A stretch of DNA of 64,000 bases from positions 395,052-459,051 of the forward strand of contig MEWB01000001.1 in the NCBI GenBank assembly GCA_001773215.1, given 5' to 3'. The notes beneath the pieces are model-generated. The model was not told where the DNA came from. It saw nothing but the letters and a program-made list of their open reading frames with translations, and did not search any database. Every line of letters begins with the position of its first letter. Positions within the stretch are counted from its first letter, which is position 1. The DNA is from a candidate division WWE3 bacterium RIFOXYC1_FULL_40_10 (GTDB lineage Bacteria; Patescibacteriota; WWE3; UBA101185; UBA10185). This document shows, piece after piece, positions 9,235 through 19,004 of the stretch. The translations under genes were made by a program, and so were the position numbers.

Positions 9235-9741
9235 ATGAACTCAAGAAGACAAAAACTTATCGAAACCAACACCAAGTATCATATGGTGATTCATTTGGTA
9301 ATTGGGGTGTTTATTGCCATTTTTGTACATAGACTATTTCCTTTTTCCTCTTTTTCTAAGACTCTAGTATTAAGCCTTTTTGGGTCATGGCTTCCGGATA
9401 TCGATCATTTTATTTTCTTTTATATCTATGGCCGTAATAACGAGTATTCAAAAATCGTTAGAGCTTTCTTAAGACAATTTAGACTCAAGGAATTTGCTAG
9501 TTTTGCTCAAAATAATCACAAGGAATTAACCGGACTTTACTCTCATAATCTTGCCAGTACTTTTATAGCTGCACTTATCTTTTTCGTACTGGCTTTGGAT
9601 GTACACGGGTATAAATCCGTAACCTTTGCCTTAGCAATAACTATGCATTTTATTTACGATATAGTTGAAGATTTGCTGTTTTTTGGACATCTGAATCCAA
9701 ATTGGTTTCTTCGTTTTAATAAACCAAAACACCAACTGTAG
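9235..9741 (+). CDS. membrane-bound metal-dependent hydrolase-like protein (DUF457/YdjM-like)
   Basis: His-rich membrane protein (HLVIG, WLPDIDH, SHNLAS, HFIYD). Start is uncertain: 9169, 9235 and 9283 are candidate ATGs; 9169 overlaps the HAD gene. Confidence 0.45.
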   Translation: MNSRRQKLIETNTKYHMVIHLVIGVFIAIFVHRLFPFSSFSKTLVLSLFGSWLPDIDHFIFFYIYGRNNEYSKIVRAFLRQFRLKEFASFAQNNHKELTGLYSHNLASTFIAALIFFVLALDVHGYKSVTFALAITMHFIYDIVEDLLFFGHLNPNWFLRFNKPKHQL

Positions 9742-9780
9742 TATCTGGACTTTTCCCTCCTTTTTAGTAATAATATAACA

Positions 9781-10116
9781 GTGAAGATGATACTAAGGTT
9801 AGTCGCCTTAACTCTAGCTATAATAGTAGGTTCGTACATTTTACCGGGTATAGCTATTGCTGATTATCCAACTGCTATTATTTTTGCTATAACTCTGGGG
9901 GTACTCAACACTTTTTTAAGGCCTATTATCTCAATTTTCACCTTGCCGATAACTCTAATAACTTTAGGGCTTTTCTCGTTGGTTATTAACGCTCTGATGG
10001 TCATTCTAGCCTCCTACATTGTTCCCGGGGTACAGATTTCAAGCTTTTTGGACGCTGTAATATTTTGCGTTGTCATCTCACTAGTCACTTCCTTTTTAAA
10101 CATGCTTACAAAGTAG
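9781..10116 (+). CDS. small 4-TM membrane protein, phage-holin-4_2/YvlD (DUF360)-like
   Basis: 111 aa, GTG start, four hydrophobic helices with the composition and spacing seen in YvlD-type proteins. Confidence 0.45.
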   Translation: MKMILRLVALTLAIIVGSYILPGIAIADYPTAIIFAITLGVLNTFLRPIISIFTLPITLITLGLFSLVINALMVILASYIVPGVQISSFLDAVIFCVVISLVTSFLNMLTK

Positions 10117-10126
10117 GGAGGAAGTT

Positions 10127-10345
10127 ATGAAAGGTGAATATTGCCCTCAGTGCGGCATAATGATGGTACCTGTGGGTCATATTATGTGCGAGGGGGAGAG
10201 ATGCATAGAGTATGAGTGTTCGTTCTGCAAGGATTCTTTCGCCTTGTATTGTGGCATCTTCGTATATATTGAAGTCGACGAGGATACTAAAAGCCCCAAG
10301 AGTAAATCTGTTGGGGCTCTTTTTTTGAAGTCGATGTTACAATAA
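10127..10345 (+). CDS. small Cys-rich zinc-ribbon protein
   Basis: CPQCG..CEGERCIEYECSFC motifs. Strong SD (GGGAGGAAGTTATG). Confidence 0.45.
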   Translation: MKGEYCPQCGIMMVPVGHIMCEGERCIEYECSFCKDSFALYCGIFVYIEVDEDTKSPKSKSVGALFLKSMLQ

Positions 10346-10349
10346 CACT

Positions 10350-11066
10350 GTGGCATTAAAAGCGTATAAGAAAAAACTCGAATATTCATACTCTCTTGGG
10401 ATTTTTCCTACAATAGAGCTGTTGCAAACTCATCCAGAAAAAGTTATCTCGATCCTTTTAGCATCAGGAGCTGAGGATACAAAAGGAATCTCGGAAATTA
10501 AGAAGCTGTGTGACAAACACAAGATTACATACGATATCGCCGATAAAGCGATAGCAAGAATTGCTATAAAGGAAAAAACTCAAGTCGCCGGGGCTTTTGA
10601 GAAATACACTCAGCCTCTTATCCGAAACGAACATCATGTTGTATTAGTAAATCCCTCTTTACCGGGGAATGTAGGAACAATAATTAGAACTATGGTAGGC
10701 TTTGGGATTACAAATTTAGCTCTAATTAGGCCCTGTATCGACTTTTTTGATCCTATGACAGTAAGAGCAGCTATGGGGGCAGGCTTTAAAGCAAATTTTG
10801 AGTACTTTTTGAGCTTTGACGATTATAGAAAAAAATTTTCCGAAAATACTATTTATCCATTTGTACTAAATGGAAAAAATGAGTTGAAAGATGTGATTTT
10901 TAAGAAGCCGGCAACATTGCTTTTTGGAAACGAAGGAAGCGGGTTACACCCCGACTTCAACTCCTCTGAGACATCTATAAGAATAAGTCACTCTAATGAA
11001 ATTGAATCATTAAACTTATCTACCGCCGCCGGGTTGGCCTTATACAGCTTATATAATCAACATTGA
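10350..11066 (+). CDS. TrmH/SpoU-family RNA 2'-O-methyltransferase
   Basis: SPOUT motifs VLVNPSLPGNVGTIIRT, LLFGNEGSGL and SLNLSTAAGLALY. Confidence 0.8.
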   Translation: MALKAYKKKLEYSYSLGIFPTIELLQTHPEKVISILLASGAEDTKGISEIKKLCDKHKITYDIADKAIARIAIKEKTQVAGAFEKYTQPLIRNEHHVVLVNPSLPGNVGTIIRTMVGFGITNLALIRPCIDFFDPMTVRAAMGAGFKANFEYFLSFDDYRKKFSENTIYPFVLNGKNELKDVIFKKPATLLFGNEGSGLHPDFNSSETSIRISHSNEIESLNLSTAAGLALYSLYNQH

Positions 11067-11120
11067 AACATACCCTGTAGTTTGATAAAATAGCCTAAAT
11101 ATATATAAAAGGAGACAATA

Positions 11121-11711
11121 ATGATCAAAGACGCTAAGTCGAGAGAAAAGATGTATGGTTTGGTGTTTGTTCTTGCAATTACATCCTTAATAAGCTTTCT
11201 TTTTGCCTCTGTCGTAAGTGGATCTCCCAAAGAAACTATCGGTAACATGTACTTGCCGGCTAAAGATCCTACTATGATTGGCCGACTACCTGAGGAATTA
11301 AGAAGGCAGGCGTTATATCAAGAGATTGGTGAACAAAGCATCAAGGAAGCGATCGTCGAGTTTCCCAACTGTGATTTTTCGCTGCGCCGTTGTCCGACGG
11401 AAATCCTCTATAAGGTTACTGGTAGCGATGCATGGAGATATTCTGTTACATATGAACGGCTCGTTGGCGACTACCCGACATGGCTTCAGCGTACTATTGT
11501 GCAGTATGATGTAGAGTACCTGCCCGAGGACAACAGTACAATGGTCATGGTTGTCGCCAGGAAAAGCACAGCGGGAACGGTGTTAAAGATTGTGGCGTAC
11601 TACTTAATAATGACAGCTGTACTTTCTTTGGTCTATGGAATTTGGATTGTGCACCTGGTCAGAAAGTTATTTAATATTCCTGAACCACCTATAAGCCCAG
11701 ATATGTTATAA
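11121..11711 (+). CDS. hypothetical membrane-anchored protein (N- and C-terminal TM helices)
   Basis: Strong SD AAAAGGAGACAATAATG, signal/TM MYGLVFVLAITSLISFLFA, C-terminal TM. Confidence 0.5.
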   Translation: MIKDAKSREKMYGLVFVLAITSLISFLFASVVSGSPKETIGNMYLPAKDPTMIGRLPEELRRQALYQEIGEQSIKEAIVEFPNCDFSLRRCPTEILYKVTGSDAWRYSVTYERLVGDYPTWLQRTIVQYDVEYLPEDNSTMVMVVARKSTAGTVLKIVAYYLIMTAVLSLVYGIWIVHLVRKLFNIPEPPISPDML

Positions 11712-11718
11712 AACACTT

Positions 11719-11754
11719 GGCGCCTGTGATTTGTTGCAGGCGCTATTTTATTTC
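11719..11754 (+). terminator. rho-independent terminator candidate
   Basis: ggcgcctg-tgatttgtt-gcaggcgc hairpin followed by tattttattt. Confidence 0.55.
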
Positions 11755-11781
11755 CGGGGTCATACCTGTAATATAAAGTAT

Positions 11782-12279
11782 ATGAGTGAAGCCGAAGCTT
11801 CTGAGCTGAATTCAATTTTAAATAGGCTCCCTTGTTCTCCCAAGGGTACATACAGGCCATTATATGAATATACGGATGAGACTGTTTCAACTGACTCTCA
11901 AATTGGATTGTCGGGCGCTAAGGCAGAAACCAGAGAAATTTTATATTTTCATCCGTCGGATGTGATCTTTATTAGCTTCGATACCTTAACAAGACCTGTA
12001 AAATCCCTGTCCTCGTTGCCAAAACGCAATGTATATAATCCTTCAAATGAAGAACTTGGGTCCAAAGTGAGGTCAGTCTCAATTAGTGAGTTAATAAATG
12101 CCGGCTATATAGGAGTGATTGCAGATACGGTAGATGTTGGTATTAGAAGAATGGAAAAAGGCCCCACAATCACTACAAAGGGCTTAATGCCTGTTATCAG
12201 GCAAATGGTCGCACAAAGTATAAATTCGGAGGGTAATGTAGTAAAACACCAAAAGTTTGATGTACTTAAAGAAGAATAG
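11782..12279 (+). CDS. hypothetical protein
   Basis: The track ORF starts at 11731, inside the terminator hairpin. The first downstream in-frame ATG (MSEAEASEL, 11782) is preferred. Confidence 0.45.
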   Translation: MSEAEASELNSILNRLPCSPKGTYRPLYEYTDETVSTDSQIGLSGAKAETREILYFHPSDVIFISFDTLTRPVKSLSSLPKRNVYNPSNEELGSKVRSVSISELINAGYIGVIADTVDVGIRRMEKGPTITTKGLMPVIRQMVAQSINSEGNVVKHQKFDVLKEE

Positions 12280-12317
12280 AAAAGGAGGGTCGTTAAATCA
12301 ACCCTCCCCATACGAGA

Positions 12318-12659
12318 CTAGAATCCCGACAGAATCACGAAAAAGAACCAGCCATTAAGTATCGCATTTACTAGCCATATCGCGATGAGTAGGTTGTTTC
12401 GCTTTTCTCTTTGGAAGTTGTAGACGATAATTGATAAACACGACAGTGCATATAAACCGGCTACTACTAGAAGTAACTCCATGTTAAAATGCTGGTACAC
12501 CCCCACCACCCATGCTACCAACAGGAGTATATTTACTGCCAGAAGAGGAACAATTGCATTGATTGGGAGAGCGCGTTTAATATTTGTCTCCACTATACCC
12601 AAACTCCAACCAATAGCCAGAAAAGATACTACAAGTTCTGCCCACGGAAACTCATCCAT
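12318..12659 (-). CDS. small polytopic membrane protein
   Basis: Track ORF 12318-12755 overlaps the upstream gene. The internal ATG at complement 12659 (MDEFPWAELVV.., TM helices follow) sits 2 nt after the upstream stop (12662). Confidence 0.5.
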   Translation of the reverse strand: MDEFPWAELVVSFLAIGWSLGIVETNIKRALPINAIVPLLAVNILLLVAWVVGVYQHFNMELLLVVAGLYALSCLSIIVYNFQREKRNNLLIAIWLVNAILNGWFFFVILSGF

Positions 12660-12661
12660 TT

Positions 12662-13033
12662 TCACTCCAGTGCGGTTCCGATTATAAACCATTGGTCCCA
12701 AACCCATTGGATAAGAGGGTCCAGGTCTGATTCCAAAGCTCTGTTTGGCAACCATTTCGTAGGTATACCTGCGCCTACTAGAACAACCATCCCCTCCATC
12801 TTCACTACGTATGTATCGTCGACCTGCACAACATACACATATTTAGGAGGCAAATTCTTATCACCATCTTCCTGCTCATCTGCCTTAAGATATACAAAAG
12901 GCACATAAGCTCCAGTTTGTGACAGGTAAACACCGGTTCTAAACAACGGATTTTTTTGTAACCTGGGGGTTAGGTGTATAAACCTTTGTAGAGTTTCTTC
13001 AGCCTGCTCTTGATTCCACAATTGAGTACCCAT
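12662..13033 (-). CDS. hypothetical protein (123 aa)
   Basis: Good SD on the minus strand (AAGGAGAGGACTATATG). No recognised domain. Confidence 0.55.
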   Translation of the reverse strand: MGTQLWNQEQAEETLQRFIHLTPRLQKNPLFRTGVYLSQTGAYVPFVYLKADEQEDGDKNLPPKYVYVVQVDDTYVVKMEGMVVLVGAGIPTKWLPNRALESDLDPLIQWVWDQWFIIGTALE

Positions 13034-13110
13034 ATAGTCCTCTCCTTGAAGATATAGTTCAATACTTATTGGTATTATATCTTAAATATAGCGTGGGAAC
13101 AAGTAAAGGT

Positions 13111-13131
13111 TGGTGACCCCACGGAGAATCG
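13111..13131. repeat. att-like direct repeat (copy of the tRNA-Glu 3' end)
   Basis: Exact 21/21 match to 22173-22193; flanking bases differ on both sides. Confidence 0.75.
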
Positions 13132-13386
13132 GTCACAGGTTCTCGCCTGCTGGCGATCCCTGCGACCCCGCCTCGCCGCCGTCGCGGCTCCGACTTTCGA
13201 TTCCAAGTTAGCTCATACAAAAGGAAGCATCAACCTTGTGGCTGATGCTTCCTTTCGTGGTGACCCCAAGGATATCATTTTACAACCAGTTATCTAAAGA
13301 GTTGGTAGATGTGGGAAAACTTATAGTTGATTACGATTTGGTTGGTGTGTTGAGTAACAATACTACCAGTATGGAGTGTAACTAGT

Positions 13387-13785
13387 ATGGAAAATATTGA
13401 GATTAAGCAAAAATTTGTAGAATTGAGGGCTAAAGGTAATTCCTTTCAAAAGATTGCAGATGAATTGGGTGTTACAAAACAGACACTTATTAACTGGAGT
13501 AAAGACTTGCAAACAGATATTAGAAATATGAAAGCTCTGGAATTGGATAGTCTTCTAACAAAGTACAAAATGACCCAAGAGTGCCAAATTGAATTATATG
13601 GTGAACTATTAGAAAAAATTACTGCAGAAGTTAAAAGTCGTAGCCTTCAAGACTTAAGTACAGATAAGCTTTTTAGTGCCTATTTCAAGTTATTTGAAAA
13701 TATTATGAATACTAAAAGAACAATAACACTTGAAAAAGAATCTGTTTGGGAAATAGAACCCCAAAAAACTCTCTGGACAACTTGA
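13387..13785 (+). CDS. helix-turn-helix DNA-binding protein (island-borne)
   Basis: N-terminal ELRAKGNSFQKIADELGVTKQTLINW is an HTH of the resolvase/terminase-small-subunit type. Confidence 0.5.
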   Translation: MENIEIKQKFVELRAKGNSFQKIADELGVTKQTLINWSKDLQTDIRNMKALELDSLLTKYKMTQECQIELYGELLEKITAEVKSRSLQDLSTDKLFSAYFKLFENIMNTKRTITLEKESVWEIEPQKTLWTT

Positions 13786-13835
13786 CCTTTTCTTTACCAA
13801 AAATTTACCTATTCTTATGAGATAATCTTATTAGA

Positions 13836-15251
13836 ATGATTACCAAAACAGACTTTTTAGTTTATCTGGAAGCTCCAAGGCACTTTTGGGCTTTGAAAAA
13901 TAACAAGTATGATTTAACAATATCCGATTTTGACAAACACTTGATTACACAGGGCTATATCGTGGAAACAAAGGCTAAAGAATACGCTAAGCGTTATTTA
14001 TTACCTAGCTATGCAACAAATGATTCTGACTTGGTTTTTCAGAGGACATGCCTAGACGGGGACTTTGAGGCTAGAACAGACATTTTAGTTAGAAATGCAA
14101 CTACTAACAAATGGGATATTTACGAGGTAAAAAGCGTAACTAAACCTAAGCCAGAGCATTACTACGACACTACATTTCAAACTATAATCTTTGAAAAGCA
14201 CATGGATATTGGCAATGTTTTCATTCTGCATGTAAACAACGACTATGTGCGAGAAGGTGATTTTGACTTGGGATTGTTCTTAGTTGCGGAAGATGTGACC
14301 CAAAAAGTGAAAGAGTTAAAAGAAGAAACGCTTAATAAGATGAAGGATTGCCAATTTCTAGTAGGTACAGACAACTATAAATTAGCTACAGAATGTTGGA
14401 AACCTAAAGAATGTCACTGTAAAGGGCTATGTTTCCCAAGTCTACCTAATGACTCAATCTATAACCTAGCACGGGTTACTGAAAAGAAAATTTTAGACCT
14501 ACGGGATAACGATATTCTAAATATAACGGACATTCCCGATGACTTTGACTTAACCACAAACCAACGAATACAGGTAGAAGTAGCCAAAAGAAATACGCCA
14601 CTAATAAATCATAAAGCTATAAAGCAAGAATTGGAAACCCTAGAGTATCCGTTATATTTCCTTGACTACGAGACCTACGACCCCGCAATCCCGATGTATG
14701 ACTGGTATAAACCGTATCAACAGATGGTTTTCCAGTACTCACTACATGTTTTAGAAAGCCCTAATAACAAAGACCTTAAACATTACGAATATGTTGTAAA
14801 AACGAAAAGCGAGCCTTGTAGGGAGCTTCTGACGCATATGAAACAGTATATTGGAAATACAGGTAGCGTGATTGTTTGGTACAAGGCTTTTGAGTGTTCA
14901 CGAAACAGAGAAATGGGACAAATCTGTATGGATTTTGCTGAATTTTTAGAAAATGTAAATGGTAGAGTTTATGACCTTATGGATATATTTAAAAACAATC
15001 TCTATGTTGACCCCAAATTCAAAGGCAGTAACTCAATTAAAGATGTATTACCCGTTTTAGTTCCAGAGCTAAACTATAAAAACCTAAATATACAAAATGG
15101 CACAATGGCAATGACTAACTGGCATAAGATGGTTTATAAAATTACGAACCAGAAGGAAAAAGACGAACTGCTTAAAAACTTGCTAACTTATTGTGAACAG
15201 GACACATTAGCTATGGTTAGAATATGGGATTTTTTAAGGCAACTGGCTTGA
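13836..15251 (+). CDS. two-domain nuclease-like protein: N-terminal PD-(D/E)xK, C-terminal DEDD/RNase-H-like exonuclease-like (DUF2779-like)
   Basis: PD-(D/E)xK-like TDILVRNATTNKWDIYEVKSV (D..E-x-K). C-terminal YFLDYETYDPAIP resembles a DnaQ-type Exo I D-x-E motif. The domain naming is inference from motifs only. Confidence 0.5.
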   Translation: MITKTDFLVYLEAPRHFWALKNNKYDLTISDFDKHLITQGYIVETKAKEYAKRYLLPSYATNDSDLVFQRTCLDGDFEARTDILVRNATTNKWDIYEVKSVTKPKPEHYYDTTFQTIIFEKHMDIGNVFILHVNNDYVREGDFDLGLFLVAEDVTQKVKELKEETLNKMKDCQFLVGTDNYKLATECWKPKECHCKGLCFPSLPNDSIYNLARVTEKKILDLRDNDILNITDIPDDFDLTTNQRIQVEVAKRNTPLINHKAIKQELETLEYPLYFLDYETYDPAIPMYDWYKPYQQMVFQYSLHVLESPNNKDLKHYEYVVKTKSEPCRELLTHMKQYIGNTGSVIVWYKAFECSRNREMGQICMDFAEFLENVNGRVYDLMDIFKNNLYVDPKFKGSNSIKDVLPVLVPELNYKNLNIQNGTMAMTNWHKMVYKITNQKEKDELLKNLLTYCEQDTLAMVRIWDFLRQLA

Positions 15252-15362
15252 AAACTAATGATTTTTACCCGCATAGATTAACTCTGCACTATAAATAAAT
15301 TCCCTAACTGTATATACTTAATACAATGACTACCCCTAATCAGAAATTTAAGGTAAAAAAGT

Positions 15363-16184
15363 ATGATTACAAGTAATCTAACTAAAAAACAACTTGAAAA
15401 CTCCTTGTTTGAAGGCGATTGTCTAAAAGTCATGTCTAAATTTCCAGATAAAAGTATAGATATGATTTTGTGCGATTTGCCATATGGCACAACGCAAAAC
15501 AAGTGGGATAGTGTAATTCCATTAGCTGCTTTGTGGAAGGAGTACGAGAGGATTATAAAAGATAACGGGGTAATAGCATTGACCTCTCAAGGTGTATTTA
15601 CAGCGTCGTTAATCATGAGCAACACAGCACTATTTAAGTATAAATTAACATGGGTTAAATCTAAGGCTACAAATTTTTTGAACGCTAAGATACAGCCTTT
15701 GAGAAAACACGAAGATATTTGTATCTTTTATAGAAATCACAAGTACAAACCAACATACCACCCGCAGATGACATTTGGAGAACCGTACGATAAAGGACAC
15801 AGAAAAAACCAACAAACTAGTAGTTACGGTGAATTTAACTCAATAGAGGTAAAAAGCGATGGAGAAAGATACCCAACAGATGTCGTTTATTTTAAAACCG
15901 CTGAAAGCGAAGGTGAGGTTTTCCACCCAACACAAAAACCGATTGAACTTGGAAGATATTTAGTTAAAACATATACTAACAAGGGTGAACTGGTATTAGA
16001 CAATACTTTTGGAAGCGGTAGTTTTTTAATCGCTACTGCCTTAGAAGATAGAAAGTTTGTTGGAGTTGAAATAAATCAGGAGGTTTTATTGCACAAGGAA
16101 AAAAAAGTTGATTTAATGCACATAGCAGAAAGCCGCATTAGGAAATTTCTACCTAAAATAGACATACCTATATACAAAATATGA
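15363..16184 (+). CDS. beta-class N6-adenine/N4-cytosine DNA methyltransferase
   Basis: Motif IV DLPYG precedes motif I (FGSGS), which is the beta-class order; FHPTQKP is also present. Confidence 0.85.
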   Translation: MITSNLTKKQLENSLFEGDCLKVMSKFPDKSIDMILCDLPYGTTQNKWDSVIPLAALWKEYERIIKDNGVIALTSQGVFTASLIMSNTALFKYKLTWVKSKATNFLNAKIQPLRKHEDICIFYRNHKYKPTYHPQMTFGEPYDKGHRKNQQTSSYGEFNSIEVKSDGERYPTDVVYFKTAESEGEVFHPTQKPIELGRYLVKTYTNKGELVLDNTFGSGSFLIATALEDRKFVGVEINQEVLLHKEKKVDLMHIAESRIRKFLPKIDIPIYKI

Positions 16185-18931
16185 CCACAATAAATTACAA
16201 TGAACGAAGCTGGGCAATTGATATTATATCCGAAATTAACATTTGGCTATCCAGTAGAAATATAATAATAAAAAGAGCTGGTGGTGAGAACACACTAATG
16301 GAAGGCACTAAATCTTTGTTTCCTGATGTATTGCTATTTGGAGATCTGGACAAAGGTAAAATTCTACAAGGGTGGGAGTTGAAAATGCCAGATACTCCCC
16401 TAGAAGATGCGGATTTTATAGCAAATGCAAAGGCTAAAGCTAAATTACTTTCTCTCAATAGTTTTTTGTTGTGGAATGTATCAGAAGCTGTCTTATATAA
16501 AATTGAGGATAGCGGCAGTCTTACGCAAGTTAAATCTTGGAACAATTTAAGTCATTTAAAACTTAGAGGTGAGGTACTTCAGCATAAAGATGCAATAAAA
16601 CTTATGTTGGTTGAAATACTGAATGATATAAATAGCTTTATTCTTGGTGGAACTATTAAAACGGTATCTGTTGTTACTGCCTTGAGTAGTGAAACAGTTT
16701 CGTGGCTAATACATAATAACTTAAGCTCGTATGTTGAAGCTTTAAAAAATAATGCTGTAGCTAATCATGGTTTTTCAGACGAAATTACTCTATGGTGGCG
16801 ATACGCCAAAAACGACTACCCCGAAGAACAAGATAAATTTGTTGTTCTGGGAAGAAATAACCTACTTTTCTTAATTAACAAGTTCATATTTGCACATATT
16901 TTGAAATCCTACCAAGTAGAAGCAAATTCAATTGATAATATAAACTCTAGTACTGATGTTGAGACGGCACTTGCCACATTTGACCATATTTCTGAAAAAT
17001 GTGATTTTTGGAACATATTCCAACGACAAACAGGTGAGGAGCTAGTCACTCCTGAAGTTTGGCAAGATATAGTAAGTTTTAACGCCTTGTTAAAAGAGTT
17101 TAATTTCGCAAAAATTGAAAAGAACCTTCTTCATGATCTACTTGGTGCAACGATTTACAAGAATAAAAGAAAATTTGCTGGGCAATTTACAACGCCACAG
17201 GAATTGGCAAGGTTTATTGTACGGCTTACCATTAAAGACAAAAATCTACATGCGATTGACCCCTGTTGTGGTACTGGAACTATAGTGAAAGAAATCTATA
17301 AGTATAAAAAAACACAAATAACTGTAAAGGAAAGTCTGGCTACATTGTGGGCATCAGATAAGTTCTCCCTTCCTCTACAGATGGCAATGTTTAACCTAGC
17401 TGAACCAGAGGCGTTAGGTTTCGTATTAAAAGTTTTCAAGGAAGATGCAACTAAACTTGAAGTAGATAAAGAAATCACGCTTCATGAACCTTTTAAAGGT
17501 ACAGCAATAATTGAGAAGTTACCAAAGTTTGGTTACATTATTTCCAATCTGCCGTTTGTTCAACAGGAAGATATTGAAGTCCTAAACCCAAATGTTGTAG
17601 AAATCAACAGGTTCATTCAAGACAAGCTAGGGGAGGGGTTTCTACTTGACGGAAGGAGTGACTTATATGCTTATTTTCCTTTTCATTTCTGGAAATTATT
17701 AGATACAGACGGAAAAATGTCTATTATCGTTTCAAACTCATGGCTGGGTACAGCTTGGGGTAAGAAATTTTATACAGCATTATCCGCTTTTTTTGAAATA
17801 GAAAATATAATAACATCAGGTAATGGTCGTTGGTTTGATAATGCCAAAGTCGTTACAAATATAATCACTTTGAGAAAGAAAAATTTTCCGTCACTACCAA
17901 ATGCAAACGAGATAATTAAATTTACAACAACTAAAAAAGCACTAACAAGCTATAATCCTGAAGAAATTGAAGAAATATCAGCAATTGTTTCCACAGCGGA
18001 ATCATTCAATGAAAGCGACTTGTCGGTGTATGCGTATACACACGAAAAACTAAATAAAGTTCTGTCTCTAGGACTAAATTTAAACAGTTTTTTTGCAAAT
18101 AATGACTGGCTTTTAGAACTAAGTAGCAAACTAATTAAGGTTTCAGAATTATTTGATATAGGCAGAGGTGAAAGGCGAGGCTGGGATAAGCTATTCTACC
18201 CCGATACAACTAATGGAATTGAGCAGGTATATCTACAACCTGTTTTAAAGACACCTAGGTCGGTTCATACACTAGGTGCAAAGCCAGATGCGTTAGCATT
18301 TTGTTGTGATAAAACGAAGGAGGAGTTGGAGCTTCTTGGGCATACAGGTGCCCTGTCATGGATAAATAAGTTTGAACATCAGGAAAATGAGAGGGGTATT
18401 CCATTAACTACAGCATTAGCGAGAAGCGGTACAAATTGGTATACCATGTCACCGACTACTATGGCGGAAATGGTGACTAGTATTAACTTTGGGGATAGGC
18501 TTTTCTTTGCTAAATTTCAAAAGCCAACCTTTGTGAACCAAAGACTTGTAAGATTTAGCAAAAAATCTGGAGATATTGATGATGACTTATGTCATTCATT
18601 ATTAAATAGCATTGTTGGGCAGTTTTACATTGAAGCTATGGGAACTGGTAGAGGAGAGGGGGCTTTGGACTTGAGCAAAGACAAAATAAAAGCTGACCTA
18701 AGAATCATTAACCCAAAGTTATTTACTGGGGATAAAAGAGATAAAATAATGACTCTGTTTGGAAAATTGATGGAAAGAGAAGTTTTACCTTTAAAGCAAG
18801 AGCTTGAAATGGACGATAGAGTAGACTTTGACAATGCAGTACTTGAGGCTATCGGCTTTCCTTTATACAGGGAACGCATAAAAACTGCTCTACTCACACT
18901 TTATAATATAAGGGCTTCCGTTAACGGCTAA
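16181..18931 (+). CDS. MmeI-like Type IIG/IIL restriction-modification enzyme (nuclease + gamma-class N6A methyltransferase + target-recognition domain fusion)
   Basis: 916 aa. N-terminal D..E-L-K (PDVLLFGDLDKGKILQGWELK). Central motif I FTTPQELARFIV..IDPCCGTG and motif IV ISNLPF. Overlaps the upstream methyltransferase by ATGA. Confidence 0.7.
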   Translation: MTTINYNERSWAIDIISEINIWLSSRNIIIKRAGGENTLMEGTKSLFPDVLLFGDLDKGKILQGWELKMPDTPLEDADFIANAKAKAKLLSLNSFLLWNVSEAVLYKIEDSGSLTQVKSWNNLSHLKLRGEVLQHKDAIKLMLVEILNDINSFILGGTIKTVSVVTALSSETVSWLIHNNLSSYVEALKNNAVANHGFSDEITLWWRYAKNDYPEEQDKFVVLGRNNLLFLINKFIFAHILKSYQVEANSIDNINSSTDVETALATFDHISEKCDFWNIFQRQTGEELVTPEVWQDIVSFNALLKEFNFAKIEKNLLHDLLGATIYKNKRKFAGQFTTPQELARFIVRLTIKDKNLHAIDPCCGTGTIVKEIYKYKKTQITVKESLATLWASDKFSLPLQMAMFNLAEPEALGFVLKVFKEDATKLEVDKEITLHEPFKGTAIIEKLPKFGYIISNLPFVQQEDIEVLNPNVVEINRFIQDKLGEGFLLDGRSDLYAYFPFHFWKLLDTDGKMSIIVSNSWLGTAWGKKFYTALSAFFEIENIITSGNGRWFDNAKVVTNIITLRKKNFPSLPNANEIIKFTTTKKALTSYNPEEIEEISAIVSTAESFNESDLSVYAYTHEKLNKVLSLGLNLNSFFANNDWLLELSSKLIKVSELFDIGRGERRGWDKLFYPDTTNGIEQVYLQPVLKTPRSVHTLGAKPDALAFCCDKTKEELELLGHTGALSWINKFEHQENERGIPLTTALARSGTNWYTMSPTTMAEMVTSINFGDRLFFAKFQKPTFVNQRLVRFSKKSGDIDDDLCHSLLNSIVGQFYIEAMGTGRGEGALDLSKDKIKADLRIINPKLFTGDKRDKIMTLFGKLMEREVLPLKQELEMDDRVDFDNAVLEAIGFPLYRERIKTALLTLYNIRASVNG

Positions 18932-18978
18932 AACTACCAACTTACTAAAATTTATAACTAAGAAAATTGAAAGGTTGC

Positions 18979-19004
18979 AAAAATCAGCTTCTTCACTGAT
19001 TTTT
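18979..19004 (+). terminator. hairpin terminator candidate after the RM gene
   Basis: aaaaatcag-cttcttca-ctgattttt. Confidence 0.45.
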
